Shown here: piece by piece, positions 17,815-27,313 of the stretch | How positions within the stretch are numbered: the first letter of the stretch is position 1 | Layout: the number at the start of each line of letters is the position of its first letter | IMG/VR virus record: IMGVR_UViG_3300014656_000043 | Span: 1-46,495 of that record | DNA length: 46,495 nucleotides | Direction: 5' to 3' (one strand) | Source of the DNA: a virus | Lineage: Duplodnaviria; Caudoviricetes | Notes under the pieces: model-generated | What the model saw: only the letters and a program-made list of their open reading frames with translations | Database searches by the model: none | Told to the model about the DNA's origin: nothing | Program-made: the position numbers and the translations under genes

Positions 17815-17842
17815 CTTAAATAGTTTTTTATATAATACATTC

Positions 17843-18280
17843 ATAATATTTTTTTTAGATATATTGTTTTACTGTAGACACGACGAGAGCTGATAAACAA
17901 GATATCGGGCAGTAGACACTGCTGAAGATGTAGGAGTAAGCAGGCTGGTAGTCTGAGGGGCAGCATGTAAGCGTGTACTTTTAAGGGAGCTAAGTTAAAC
18001 TTATCTTAGCTTAACAACAAAAAAAAGTGTGTAAAAGTAGCACTAAATGGGAGCAACTGTCTATAGCTTTGACAACTCTCGACCTGCAGAAGATATTAAA
18101 AATGGTGCTCATTTTACTATCAATTCCTTAAAAGCGCAAACTGCAATCATTAAGAACTGCAGGGAGATAAAAAGCTTTAGGAATTAAAAGTTAAAGTAAA
18201 GTCTTAAGGATGTCACGAAACTCTTTATAATTAAAGGCTTAATGTTTGTTGGCAGCCAAAAAAAAGGCTGGCAGCCCAAA
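17843..18280 (+). ncRNA. putative structured non-coding RNA
   Basis: no credible protein-coding ORF; TTGATT-18 nt-TATAAT at 17807-17836; several hairpins, an 11-bp long-range helix and a crossing 11-bp helix. Confidence 0.5.
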
Positions 18281-18289
18281 ATAGTGAAT

Positions 18290-18385
18290 AGTTAAAGTAT
18301 TACTTTAAGTATTTAGTGAAAATCATTGATAAGTATAGGGAATCGAAAGAAAGTTAAAGTGTTACTTTAAGTATTTAACGAAAAT
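18290..18385. repeat. two 34-bp direct repeats with a palindromic core, upstream of terS (possible packaging/cos region)
   Basis: AGTTAAAGTRTTACTTTAAGTATTTA..GAAAAT, 31/34 identical, 62-bp period. Confidence 0.75.
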
Positions 18386-18456
18386 GCCCAATAAATAAGG
18401 ATTTTCAGGATATTGTTTGAATAATTGGACATGAACACTTTGACAAATGACACAAA

Positions 18457-18819
18457 ATGATTAAAAAAGCAGCCTATAAATTATTATTAGACAATTTAAG
18501 ATTAGGAAACAGTATAACTGATTCCTGCAAGTTTGCTGGTATTAGTAGAGAAGCTTATTATCAATGGCTTAGAAATAAAACTAGAAAAGCTGAAATCGAA
18601 AAGGCTGAACTAGAGCCAAAGAAGCGTTGTATAGCTTTAGTTTTAAAAGCTGCGCTAACTCACTGGCAAGCCAGTGCCTGGTATCTTGAGCGTAAGCATG
18701 GGAAGGAATTTGCTTTACAGCAGAAACTAGAGCATTCAGGAAAGATGGGTGTGACTACTGATTTCAAGCCGCTGTCAATAAAAGAGCTTAAAAAGCTTGC
18801 AAAGCTAGATAAAGAATGA
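18457..18819 (+). CDS. terS: terminase small subunit
   Basis: HTH (SCKFAGISREAYYQW), WQASAWYLERK, LEHSG; position before terL. Confidence 0.75.
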   Translation: MIKKAAYKLLLDNLRLGNSITDSCKFAGISREAYYQWLRNKTRKAEIEKAELEPKKRCIALVLKAALTHWQASAWYLERKHGKEFALQQKLEHSGKMGVTTDFKPLSIKELKKLAKLDKE

Positions 18820-18896
18820 TAAATATAATCTTAGATTTAGAGAAATCAGCATTCGATTTAAAAGTTGGCAGTAAGGTATTTAAAGGATTCAAATAA

Positions 18897-19070
18897 ATGG
18901 CTGATGTAGAATTGTCTAGCATTGAAGAGACGACGTTGTTAATGATCATTGAGAAAAATGGGATCAATCCTGAATTATTCTGGGGTGATCTCAAAGTAAG
19001 ATTTAAGAACGGTGAATTGGTAATGGTTAAGATAGAGATTGAGAACAGGATAAATGTAGACAGAGATTAG
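18897..19070 (+). CDS. small protein with DUF2292/YezD-like pattern (57 aa, not in ORF track)
   Basis: FWGDLKVRFKNGELVMVKIE. Confidence 0.45.
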   Translation: MADVELSSIEETTLLMIIEKNGINPELFWGDLKVRFKNGELVMVKIEIENRINVDRD

Positions 19071-19254
19071 TTAATGAGTAAGCGAATAACTTTAGATAAC
19101 GGATGGAAAATTAGTTTTGTTTCAAATAATCCAGTGTTAAGTGAAGATATTATTAAACGGTTTGTTGTTTCTAATTCACTTGTAAGGCGGCCGTTAGACA
19201 GTGTAAGAAGATCAGCGAGATTGGATAAAGGGGTTATAAACCAGGATATATGTA

Positions 19255-19440
19255 ATGAATGATTTAAAATTCGAGCCAAAGTTTGTAGTATTAACGGAGT
19301 GCAATTGTGTTGACTATTTTGGTGGGATAAAAATTGTCGATACTTTAGGTGAAAGAACAAAAATACGGTGTGTACATTCAGACGATTGTAAGAATTACGA
19401 TTATGAAAGGTGCAGGGTAATAGAGGGCAAATCAGTATAG
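19255..19440 (+). CDS. small Cys-containing hypothetical protein
   Basis: ORF between terS and terL. Confidence 0.45.
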   Translation: MNDLKFEPKFVVLTECNCVDYFGGIKIVDTLGERTKIRCVHSDDCKNYDYERCRVIEGKSV

Positions 19441-19477
19441 TTCATTGAATTGCAATTAATATAAAAACTCAACGAGG

Positions 19478-19534
19478 AAAAACCCGTGAGACAAGCACGC
19501 TTTAATTAGCGTTATTGTTTCATGGGTTTTTTTT
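19478..19534 (+). terminator. long hairpin plus T-run directly before terL
   Basis: 19478-19494 pairs with 19515-19531 (17 bp, 2 GU); inner ACGCT/AGCGT. Confidence 0.7.
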
Positions 19535-19541
19535 ATTTAAC

Positions 19542-20978
19542 ATGAAAATATCAGATGAACAACGTCAAATAATAGCGGATCAGGCCAGGCGTGAATTGAT
19601 ACGCAGGTACGGTAAATCAGGGAACGTCCTGGAATGGGGTGCATTATTGTTCCCAGAAAAGTTTACATTACCATTTTGTACGCAGATGCATCAATATTTC
19701 GTGGACATAATGCATGAGTCGTTTACAGTGACTGAAGCGCCACGCGAGTTTGGAAAAACGTTAATAAAATGTTTTCTAGTGCCGTTATACCTGGCTTTAG
19801 AGCATCCATGCAGTTACAAACATTATTTGAACGTACAATCAACAGCATCAAAGGCTATAGCGGTCAACATATCTATCAAGCATGAGCTGGAATATAACAA
19901 AGCTTTAAGATCAATATACGGTGATTTAATAGGCAGCATTAAATGGACAGAGAAACAAATAGTTCTTTTACAAACAGAAGGCAGGCCTCAAGTAATATTT
20001 ACCGCGGTTGGCGCGGGAGAATCTATTAGAGGCATAAACTTTGATAATATACGGCCTGATTTTATTGTAGCAGATGATTTGTATGATGATAGCCATATTC
20101 ACAGTATTGAATCTACTAAGAAAGTCAATGAATGGTTCTGGTCAACATTGTATCCTGCAAGATCAAGCACAAAGAATAATTGCGTACATATCCAGGGTAC
20201 GGCAGTTAATAAAGCTGACATAATGTGCGAGCTTAAAGATAAGAAGCTTAAAACAATTGATATAAAGCTGGAAACGTTTAGAGCTATTTTAGATGACGCA
20301 AAACAAAAGGTTTTATGGCCAGAGTTTAGATCATACGAGGCATTAATGGACGAAAAAGAGTTGATGGGGACACGAGCGTTTAATCGGGAACGTATGAATC
20401 AAAGAGGGTCGGCCGATGAAAGTATAATCAAGGAACATTTCATCAAATATTACGATGAAATTCCTGAAGGGAAACGAGTTTTAGAAAAGATTTGCGGGGT
20501 TGATCCTTCAGTTGGCGCAAAAGAAATAAACGATTATACAGCAATGGCAGCAGTATATAAAACAGAGATAGCAGATGCTCCAGGCGTAAACGATTATTAT
20601 ATTGAGGATTTGGTTAACGATCATTTAAGTTTGAATCAAAGAATAATTACACTAGAGAATTTCGATGAAAAGCATGGGTTTACGAAAGTAGAGATTGAAA
20701 GTATAGCGGGTTTCAAGGATTTCGCTCTTGAAGTAAAGCGTAGGACGGATTTACCAGTAAAAATTGTTGATCATGTAAAAGACAAAATTGCAAACATGGA
20801 AAGAGAATCATCAAAGTTTGAAAACGGTAGAGTATGGATAAAAAGGTCTATACCAATAAAGTTAAGAAACATGTTAGTAGAACAGTTGATAGATAATTAC
20901 CCTAAACATGACGATTTACGAGACGCTGTATTGTTAGCGCTCAAAACAGGCGCAAAAAGTAAGGTGACGGTATGGTAA
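19542..20978 (+). CDS. terL: terminase large subunit
   Basis: APREFGKT Walker A, IRG..RPDFIVADDL, GVDPS, KHDDLRDA. Confidence 0.9.
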   Translation: MKISDEQRQIIADQARRELIRRYGKSGNVLEWGALLFPEKFTLPFCTQMHQYFVDIMHESFTVTEAPREFGKTLIKCFLVPLYLALEHPCSYKHYLNVQSTASKAIAVNISIKHELEYNKALRSIYGDLIGSIKWTEKQIVLLQTEGRPQVIFTAVGAGESIRGINFDNIRPDFIVADDLYDDSHIHSIESTKKVNEWFWSTLYPARSSTKNNCVHIQGTAVNKADIMCELKDKKLKTIDIKLETFRAILDDAKQKVLWPEFRSYEALMDEKELMGTRAFNRERMNQRGSADESIIKEHFIKYYDEIPEGKRVLEKICGVDPSVGAKEINDYTAMAAVYKTEIADAPGVNDYYIEDLVNDHLSLNQRIITLENFDEKHGFTKVEIESIAGFKDFALEVKRRTDLPVKIVDHVKDKIANMERESSKFENGRVWIKRSIPIKLRNMLVEQLIDNYPKHDDLRDAVLLALKTGAKSKVTVW

Positions 20979-21072
20979 CAGGGATTGATATGAATAATTT
21001 AAGCAGAAATAATTTAACCAGGGAAGCAGTATTAGCTTTCACAACAAGGATACTTTTAAATGAGGATAAGGC

Positions 21073-22482
21073 ATGAAAATATTCGGCATGAATTTTGGCA
21101 AATCTAAAGCGCAACGGAAATCTTTAACCACGATCGGCATCAGCGATATTCTGCAGTCGCGTATGCCCGGTATAATTGATGACGGAAGAGATATGACGGC
21201 ATATAAGGCTATCGTGTATTACTGTTCAATCTCCGCGGTAGGGAAAGCTGTTGGAATGGTATCAGATGAAGCAGCGTCAATTAAACCCTGGCTATATGAT
21301 ATAAAAGAAGAAACTTTTGTTGAGAATTCTGATCTTGAAAGTTTTTTAACCTTGCTAAACCCTGATAAAACAAGATCAGAGTTTATCAAAGCTTACGCAG
21401 CTTATTATTTGACTGCTGGCAAATCATATTTACTCGCATTAGGTGATGTTAAGAAATCGCCATTAGAGTTAGACGTGGTTTCACCTGATTATATTGAACT
21501 GGAAACATCTGATGTTGATCCATATGTTAAATTATACAGGTATAATGTGCACGGCATGGGCGGCGAGATAAAATTTGAGCGAAGCACGGTCAAAGGCAGG
21601 TTCAGATACTACGATTCAGGGAAAGAGAGAGAGCTTTGGCACGTTAAAATGTTTAACCCAAAATCTTCCAGGCAGAATGAAGGACTTTCTCCTCTTGACA
21701 TAGTCCATTATGAAGTTGAGCAGCACTTAAATTCCAGCCGCCATAATCTATCCACTCTTCTTAAAGGCGCAAGACTTTCAGGGATATTATCTATTGAAGG
21801 CGAGTTGGGGGATGAACAAAGGGAACGGTTACGAGCAAAAATTGATGGTGAATGGGCAGGCGCAGATAATGCAGGCCAAATTCCGATTATAGATAATTCA
21901 AAGGCTACATTCAGCGAGTTTTCTAAGTCAATGAAGGACATGGATTTCCTGGAACTTAAAAAGGAAGTTACCGCAGCAATATACAATATTTACAATATAC
22001 CGCTTCCGTTAATATCTCCTGATCAGATGACGCTTAACAATTATAAAGAAGCTAAATACGCATTATACGACATGGCGGTTTTACCAGTCGTATCCAGGTT
22101 ATATGAAGAACTTTCTAACTTCTTGCTTCCTAGATTTGGTATTGATCCGTCAAAATTTAAACTATGGTACGATAAAAAAGATATTCCAGCATTAGAACTT
22201 AGGCGAGCCGAAGAAACAAAAAGAAAAAAGGAAAGCGGAGTATATACAATCAATGAATTACGTAATATTGAAGGATTAGACGCCAGACCAGACGGTGATG
22301 TTTATGCGAACAATAAACCAACACCTGTTCCCATGCAATCCATGCCAGAGCCTGTAATTAAAGATGAAGATATTAAAAGTAAATTTGTTTCGATTATGAG
22401 TAAACAGATGGACAAACAAACAGGTTTACGCAAATATTCTGATCAAGAGATAGAAGATATCTCGAAGGAGAAGGGTTTGTGA
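21073..22482 (+). CDS. HK97-family portal protein
   Basis: GLSPL, GADNAG, DMDFLE, TLNNYKEA, YTINELR. Confidence 0.9.
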   Translation: MKIFGMNFGKSKAQRKSLTTIGISDILQSRMPGIIDDGRDMTAYKAIVYYCSISAVGKAVGMVSDEAASIKPWLYDIKEETFVENSDLESFLTLLNPDKTRSEFIKAYAAYYLTAGKSYLLALGDVKKSPLELDVVSPDYIELETSDVDPYVKLYRYNVHGMGGEIKFERSTVKGRFRYYDSGKERELWHVKMFNPKSSRQNEGLSPLDIVHYEVEQHLNSSRHNLSTLLKGARLSGILSIEGELGDEQRERLRAKIDGEWAGADNAGQIPIIDNSKATFSEFSKSMKDMDFLELKKEVTAAIYNIYNIPLPLISPDQMTLNNYKEAKYALYDMAVLPVVSRLYEELSNFLLPRFGIDPSKFKLWYDKKDIPALELRRAEETKRKKESGVYTINELRNIEGLDARPDGDVYANNKPTPVPMQSMPEPVIKDEDIKSKFVSIMSKQMDKQTGLRKYSDQEIEDISKEKGL

Positions 22483-22745
22483 AGAAATTAATTGTAATTA
22501 TGTCGGTATTGTTAATAAGCGTAACAGTTATATTTGCAAAAGGATATAGAGATAAGCATGGTTTTGTATATCCCTGTAATGTTTGCGAACCAAATGGGGA
22601 AATAACTATAAGTAAAGATGATTGCGAGAAGTTAAAAACTTATATTATTGAACTTGAAAAAGGGATACTTGATTTAGAGACAAACAGGGTGGGTAGATCG
22701 TTGTGTATTGATAATTACCATGAGGAATTATGTCCTGGCGATTGA
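22479..22745 (+). CDS. hypothetical secreted protein
   Basis: signal peptide MKKLIVIMSVLLISVTVIFA; four Cys. Confidence 0.55.
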   Translation: MKKLIVIMSVLLISVTVIFAKGYRDKHGFVYPCNVCEPNGEITISKDDCEKLKTYIIELEKGILDLETNRVGRSLCIDNYHEELCPGD

Positions 22746-22774
22746 ATGTTCTACCCTATTATCGGTCATGAAAA

Positions 22775-23008
22775 ATGAATGAATTCACGTTAAGATCAAT
22801 TATTGTAAATAGTATTAAGAAGGTTTCTTTAGTAGAGGGTGACATTTTAATATTGCCAGATTCTTTTTCAGCGGAATATCGTGCATTATTAAGGCAAGAA
22901 ATAAATAACACGCATGGTGACAAGAAAATAGGTTTAATATTTGTTCCTGATCCTATTAACGTAAGGGTATTTAAACCAAGCGAGATTACATTTAGGGAAA
23001 ACGAATGA
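22775..23008 (+). CDS. hypothetical protein
   Basis: ORF; ATGA overlap with the next gene. Confidence 0.5.
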   Translation: MNEFTLRSIIVNSIKKVSLVEGDILILPDSFSAEYRALLRQEINNTHGDKKIGLIFVPDPINVRVFKPSEITFRENE

Positions 23009-23769
23009 CGACACCAAGAAGACGAGCAGCATTAGATTTAGCGATGAAGTTTGGGCTGGAAGTATCATTCCAAAGATCATTGAAGAAATTATTTCTTACG
23101 ATAGCAAATGATATTGAGTCGACATACATAAATTCCGAATTGGTATTAGACGTATTGGAATATAAGCTTGATCTGCAAGCTATGCTAAAAGAGCATTACA
23201 GAAAAATATCACGTGCGTTTAAGTTTAATTTGCGTGATACAATAAAAGCAGTTACTGATAGAGAAATAGCAATGGCGATTGATACCCAGCTAACAACGTT
23301 TATAAATGCACAAACAGGTTATCAATCAGATTTAATAATATCTACGCTTGGCGAGGACATAGCGGCAACAGTTGATACGGTTATTATAGATGCAGCAGCG
23401 GAAGGCGTACAACTTCCAAAGGTAAAGATAGCATCTAAGGTAAAAAAGAAATTTAAGGACAGTATTGAAGGAAAGGCTTCGGTAATATCAGGCACTGAGA
23501 CGCAGATAATGGCGGAGAAAACTAAGTTAGTTGAAGCTGTTAATTTGCAGCAGCTTAAAGAAATGAGGCTGGTAAAACAATGGGTAAGCACATTAGACGA
23601 AGTAACAAGAGTAGCACACGTGTTCGCCGATGGACAAATACAGGAACTAGGCGACCCATTTATAGTCGGTGGAGAACGATTACTGATTCCAGGAGACAGT
23701 TCGCTTGGAGCTTCAGCTGGTAATATTATCGAGTGTAGATGTGATGCTATTTATCTACCGATTAAATAA
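23005..23769 (+). CDS. head morphogenesis protein (SPP1 gp7 / Mu gpF-like)
   Basis: ISGTET..KQWVSTLDEVTRVAH..DGQ..PGD..NIIECRC. Confidence 0.85.
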   Translation: MTTPRRRAALDLAMKFGLEVSFQRSLKKLFLTIANDIESTYINSELVLDVLEYKLDLQAMLKEHYRKISRAFKFNLRDTIKAVTDREIAMAIDTQLTTFINAQTGYQSDLIISTLGEDIAATVDTVIIDAAAEGVQLPKVKIASKVKKKFKDSIEGKASVISGTETQIMAEKTKLVEAVNLQQLKEMRLVKQWVSTLDEVTRVAHVFADGQIQELGDPFIVGGERLLIPGDSSLGASAGNIIECRCDAIYLPIK

Positions 23770-23782
23770 TATGGAGGATAAA

Positions 23783-24019
23783 ATGAGAATAAACAAAGAA
23801 GTGGATTTAGTAGATGAGAGGTATTGTAATTTGTGCCCCTGTTTTAAAGAAAGCGATGATCTATGCGGGCTTCATAAAGAGATATTGGAACGAGAATATA
23901 TTTCATTTGATTTAACCGATTTTAAAGAAGGTGATATTGAAGCGATCGCTGGAACAAGGCCTGGGACACTTTATTCTTGGGTTTATCATAGATTGGATGT
24001 ATGCGCGATGGATAAATAG
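23783..24019 (+). CDS. small Cys-containing hypothetical protein
   Basis: GGAGG RBS; CNLCPC..C..R..C. Confidence 0.55.
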   Translation: MRINKEVDLVDERYCNLCPCFKESDDLCGLHKEILEREYISFDLTDFKEGDIEAIAGTRPGTLYSWVYHRLDVCAMDK

Positions 24020-24041
24020 CGTCTGTAAGGAGAATAATAAC

Positions 24042-25214
24042 ATGGATAATGAATTTAAATGTGAATGTATTGAATGTGGCTATAAACAACAGTCTAAAAT
24101 CCACTGTAAGGATATACAGTGTCCTGAATGCGGTGGACAAATGCGAAGAGAAGAACGTCCCGGGCCTGGTCAGAAAGAACGTAAAAGCCTTACGATTCCT
24201 TTCAAGTTAAAGGAAATGGGTGAGGAAGCAGAGTATTATACATTTACAGGATACGCGTCAACATTCGGTAATGAGGATTTGGGCAACGATGTTGTAGTAC
24301 AAGGAGCGTTCACGGCATCGCTTAAAAAAAGAATGCCTAAACTATTATACCAACATGATGTATATAAACCGATTGGGGTTATTGTGTCCGCAGTAGAAGA
24401 TGGAATGGGGTTACAGGTTATTGGCAAGCTTCCTAAAAAGCATTCCCTGGCCAAAGACGTAGCGGAATTAATCAAGATTGGCGGAATAGATAGTATGTCT
24501 ATAGGGTATTCGATAGTTGAAGCGGAGCTTGATAATCAAGCAAATATCCGTTATTTAACTAAAGTGGATTTATGGGAGACAAGTTTTGTTACGTTTGCCA
24601 TGAATGAAAGAGCGCAGATACAAAGCATGAAAGCTGTTGTTCCTTTTCAAAATTTAACAATGGCGGATAAGGAAACAGGGTGGGAGAAAGAAGCGTCTAT
24701 AAAAAGATTAATGGAATGGTCGGAATCTGGCGACGTACCCAGCAATAAATATCGTAAAGCTTTTTTATGGTATGACGGTAAAGATAAAACAAGTTTTAGC
24801 GCGTACCGTTTTCAGATAGCTGATGTTATTGATAACCAGTTGAAAGTTATTCCAAGAGCTTTATACGCGGCAGCAGGCGCTATACAAAGTAACAGGGGTA
24901 CAGATGGGATAACAGAAGAAGAGCTTGAAACAATTAAAATGAACGTGTCAAAATACTATAAAAAATTAGATATTGTTGCTCCGTGGGATACTGATGATAA
25001 ATCTAGTGAAAAAATAATAGATAACATATGTTCGATAAAAGACGTGAATGATTTCCTTCGCGAGAAGGGATTATCTAAGTTAGAACGAAACGGAATGATT
25101 GCTAAAATTAAATTGTTTGCTGAAAGTCGCAAGGACGCAGCTATGGTTGTTAAGAACCTGGCTGATTCGGTGGAACAATTAAATAGTTTGAAGGTAGTAG
25201 TAGAAAATTTATAA
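24042..25214 (+). CDS. HK97-type prohead protease with N-terminal Zn ribbon and an extra C-terminal domain
   Basis: FTGYASTFGNEDLGND..LLYQH..PIG..SMSIGY..LWETSFVTFAMN. Confidence 0.9.
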   Translation: MDNEFKCECIECGYKQQSKIHCKDIQCPECGGQMRREERPGPGQKERKSLTIPFKLKEMGEEAEYYTFTGYASTFGNEDLGNDVVVQGAFTASLKKRMPKLLYQHDVYKPIGVIVSAVEDGMGLQVIGKLPKKHSLAKDVAELIKIGGIDSMSIGYSIVEAELDNQANIRYLTKVDLWETSFVTFAMNERAQIQSMKAVVPFQNLTMADKETGWEKEASIKRLMEWSESGDVPSNKYRKAFLWYDGKDKTSFSAYRFQIADVIDNQLKVIPRALYAAAGAIQSNRGTDGITEEELETIKMNVSKYYKKLDIVAPWDTDDKSSEKIIDNICSIKDVNDFLREKGLSKLERNGMIAKIKLFAESRKDAAMVVKNLADSVEQLNSLKVVVENL

Positions 25215-25235
25215 AAAAAATAGGAGGTCGTAAAA

Positions 25236-26438
25236 ATGAATCCAGAAGAGTTAAAGAAATTACATGAAGAACAGACTAAGATAGTTAACGATCTGCGTGC
25301 GACGCTTGAAAGTAAAAAAGCGGAGTCAGCGGAATCAAAAGAGAAAGTCGAAAAGATGGAAGTTCGTTTAGGTAGTATTGAAGAGTCGAACCAGAAGCTG
25401 GTTGCTGAAATTAAACAGAAGGAAGCTGTTTGGGAAGAACTGAAAAGCGAATATAAAGAAATTCAGGCGGCAGCTCTTAGAGCAAGCGGCGCTTCTGTAA
25501 AAGAAAAAAATGAACACGTAAAAGCTTTTGAGAAGTTTATTGTTCATGGTAAGGATCAGTTGACGCCAGACGAGATGAAATATCTTAGAACAAACAATGG
25601 TGCGTCAGGCGGGTATCTTGCTCCTAACGATATGGCAATGGATTTATTGAAGAATGTTGTTGAAATTTCTCCAATGAGACAGATTGCACGAGTAAGAAAA
25701 ACAACCAGGGCGTCACTTGATATTCCTAGACGTTCAGCAGAACCTACAGGCTATTGGGTTGGCCAAGGTGGGACAGTAACAGAATCTGAATCAACTTATG
25801 CCTTAGAAAACATACCATTACATAAACTTTCCGTATATTCAATCATCTCTACTGAAATGCTAAACGATTCAGCATTCGATATGGAAGCTGAGATTATGGC
25901 GGACGCCGCGGAAGATTTAGCGCAGACAGAAGGTGCTGCATTTATAGCCGGGACAGGTGTTGGAAGACCTGAAGGTATTACGGTTAACACAACACTAACC
26001 GGGGGCGCTAGAAATTCAGAAATTGCGGACGATATTAAAGCAGACAATTTAATTGATCTTGCAGGCGATTTGAAGACTGGTTATAATCCGGTCTATATTT
26101 GTCGCAGATCAACACTTGCTGCAATTCGTAAGATGAAAGATGGTGCCGGCCAGTACGTATGGCAGAGTGGTTTATCTGCGGGATTGCCTAACAGTATAAA
26201 TGGGTATCCTTACAAAGAAATGCCTGATATGCCAGCAATAGCAGCATCAGCTTATCCAGTAGCATTTGGCGATTTCAGAAAGGGTTATAATATCCTTGAC
26301 GGAGTTGCACTGTATGTTATCAGAGATGAGTTTTCACTTTCTACCACAGGTAAAATTAAGTTCGTATTTATCAAGTTTGTTGGTGGAAAGCCTGTTGTAA
26401 CAGAGGCTATAAAGCTTCTTAAATGTGCAGTAAGCTAA
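25236..26438 (+). CDS. HK97-fold major capsid protein
   Basis: coiled-coil delta domain, GGYLAP, ISTEMLNDS, AFGDF. Confidence 0.95.
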   Translation: MNPEELKKLHEEQTKIVNDLRATLESKKAESAESKEKVEKMEVRLGSIEESNQKLVAEIKQKEAVWEELKSEYKEIQAAALRASGASVKEKNEHVKAFEKFIVHGKDQLTPDEMKYLRTNNGASGGYLAPNDMAMDLLKNVVEISPMRQIARVRKTTRASLDIPRRSAEPTGYWVGQGGTVTESESTYALENIPLHKLSVYSIISTEMLNDSAFDMEAEIMADAAEDLAQTEGAAFIAGTGVGRPEGITVNTTLTGGARNSEIADDIKADNLIDLAGDLKTGYNPVYICRRSTLAAIRKMKDGAGQYVWQSGLSAGLPNSINGYPYKEMPDMPAIAASAYPVAFGDFRKGYNILDGVALYVIRDEFSLSTTGKIKFVFIKFVGGKPVVTEAIKLLKCAVS

Positions 26439-26471
26439 GACATAAAAAAATTAATTTAGGAGGATATTAAA

Positions 26472-26897
26472 ATGCAGAGAGATTTATGGAGCAATATCAA
26501 TTGCGATAGAGTTTTATCACCTGGAGTAGCAGTAACGGATAACACCGCACAAGTCGGACAGATCATAGATACTAAAGGATATGAAAGTTTAACTTTTGTG
26601 TTATTGTCTGGCTCGTTAGCGGATACAGATGCGACATTTACTTTACTTGTTGAAGATGGAGACAATTCTTCTTTAACAGATAGCGCATCTGTAGCTGATG
26701 AGTTCTTACTTGGAACAGAAGCAGCATCTACTTTCCTTTTTTCTGATGATAACGAAGTACGTTGGATCGGTTATAATGGAAATAAAAGGTACGTAAGATT
26801 AACCGTCACGCCAGCAGATAACTCTGGCGACGTTTATCTTGCGATTGTGGCTATAAAGGGGAATCCTAATTCTGCGCCAACCACAATGGACAGCTAA
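26472..26897 (+). CDS. capsid-associated / decoration protein
   Basis: follows MCP; IDTKGYESLTF..IGYNGNKRYVRL. Confidence 0.65.
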   Translation: MQRDLWSNINCDRVLSPGVAVTDNTAQVGQIIDTKGYESLTFVLLSGSLADTDATFTLLVEDGDNSSLTDSASVADEFLLGTEAASTFLFSDDNEVRWIGYNGNKRYVRLTVTPADNSGDVYLAIVAIKGNPNSAPTTMDS

Positions 26898-26920
26898 TAA
26901 TTTAATTGGAGGTTTTAAAA

Positions 26921-27310
26921 ATGAAGATTAAATTGTTAAAAGATCAAACGTGGTCAGTAGGCGTATTCAAAAAGGATCAAATTCTTGAAGTAGGCATTGA
27001 TGTTCCAGAAAAAATTGGAATAGCGATGATTGAGAACAAGTACGCGGAAGAGCTGGGCGTAAAATCCCGGCCTTCTCCCGTCGTACAAAACAAATCTGTT
27101 AATCCAGTTGAAGAAACTCAAGTGCTTGATCCTGCAGTAGAGAATAAAAGCGGTGAATTCGCTGATGAGTTACTCGAAAAAATTCAGTCAATGACAAAAA
27201 AGGAGTTGGTAGTATATGCAATGCGAAACAAAATCAAGTTAAATAAGAATGATGTTAAAAAATCTGATATATTTAAAAAGGTTTTGAAATTTTTGGAAGG
27301 GAGGAAATAA
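26921..27310 (+). CDS. hypothetical protein with C-terminal Rho-N/HeH-like motif
   Basis: MTKKELVVYA..KKSDI. Confidence 0.55.
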   Translation: MKIKLLKDQTWSVGVFKKDQILEVGIDVPEKIGIAMIENKYAEELGVKSRPSPVVQNKSVNPVEETQVLDPAVENKSGEFADELLEKIQSMTKKELVVYAMRNKIKLNKNDVKKSDIFKKVLKFLEGRK

Positions 27311-27313
27311 TAA

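Noticed and set aside
17770-18114. GGTGCTCATTT repeated at 17770 and 18104
   Set aside because: A single 11-nt match could be chance; not enough to claim a target-site duplication or guide-target pair.
17880-18130. Group I intron, tmRNA or RNase P RNA
   Set aside because: GAAGATGTAG and GAAGATATT resemble the S element but no matching P7 partner or interrupted gene was found; no tRNA-like ends or RNase P consensus.
18290-18385. Mini CRISPR array (34-nt palindromic repeats, 28-nt spacer)
   Set aside because: Only two imperfect copies, similarity continues past the repeat as in a tandem duplication, no cas operon, and the position before terS fits protein-binding sites better.
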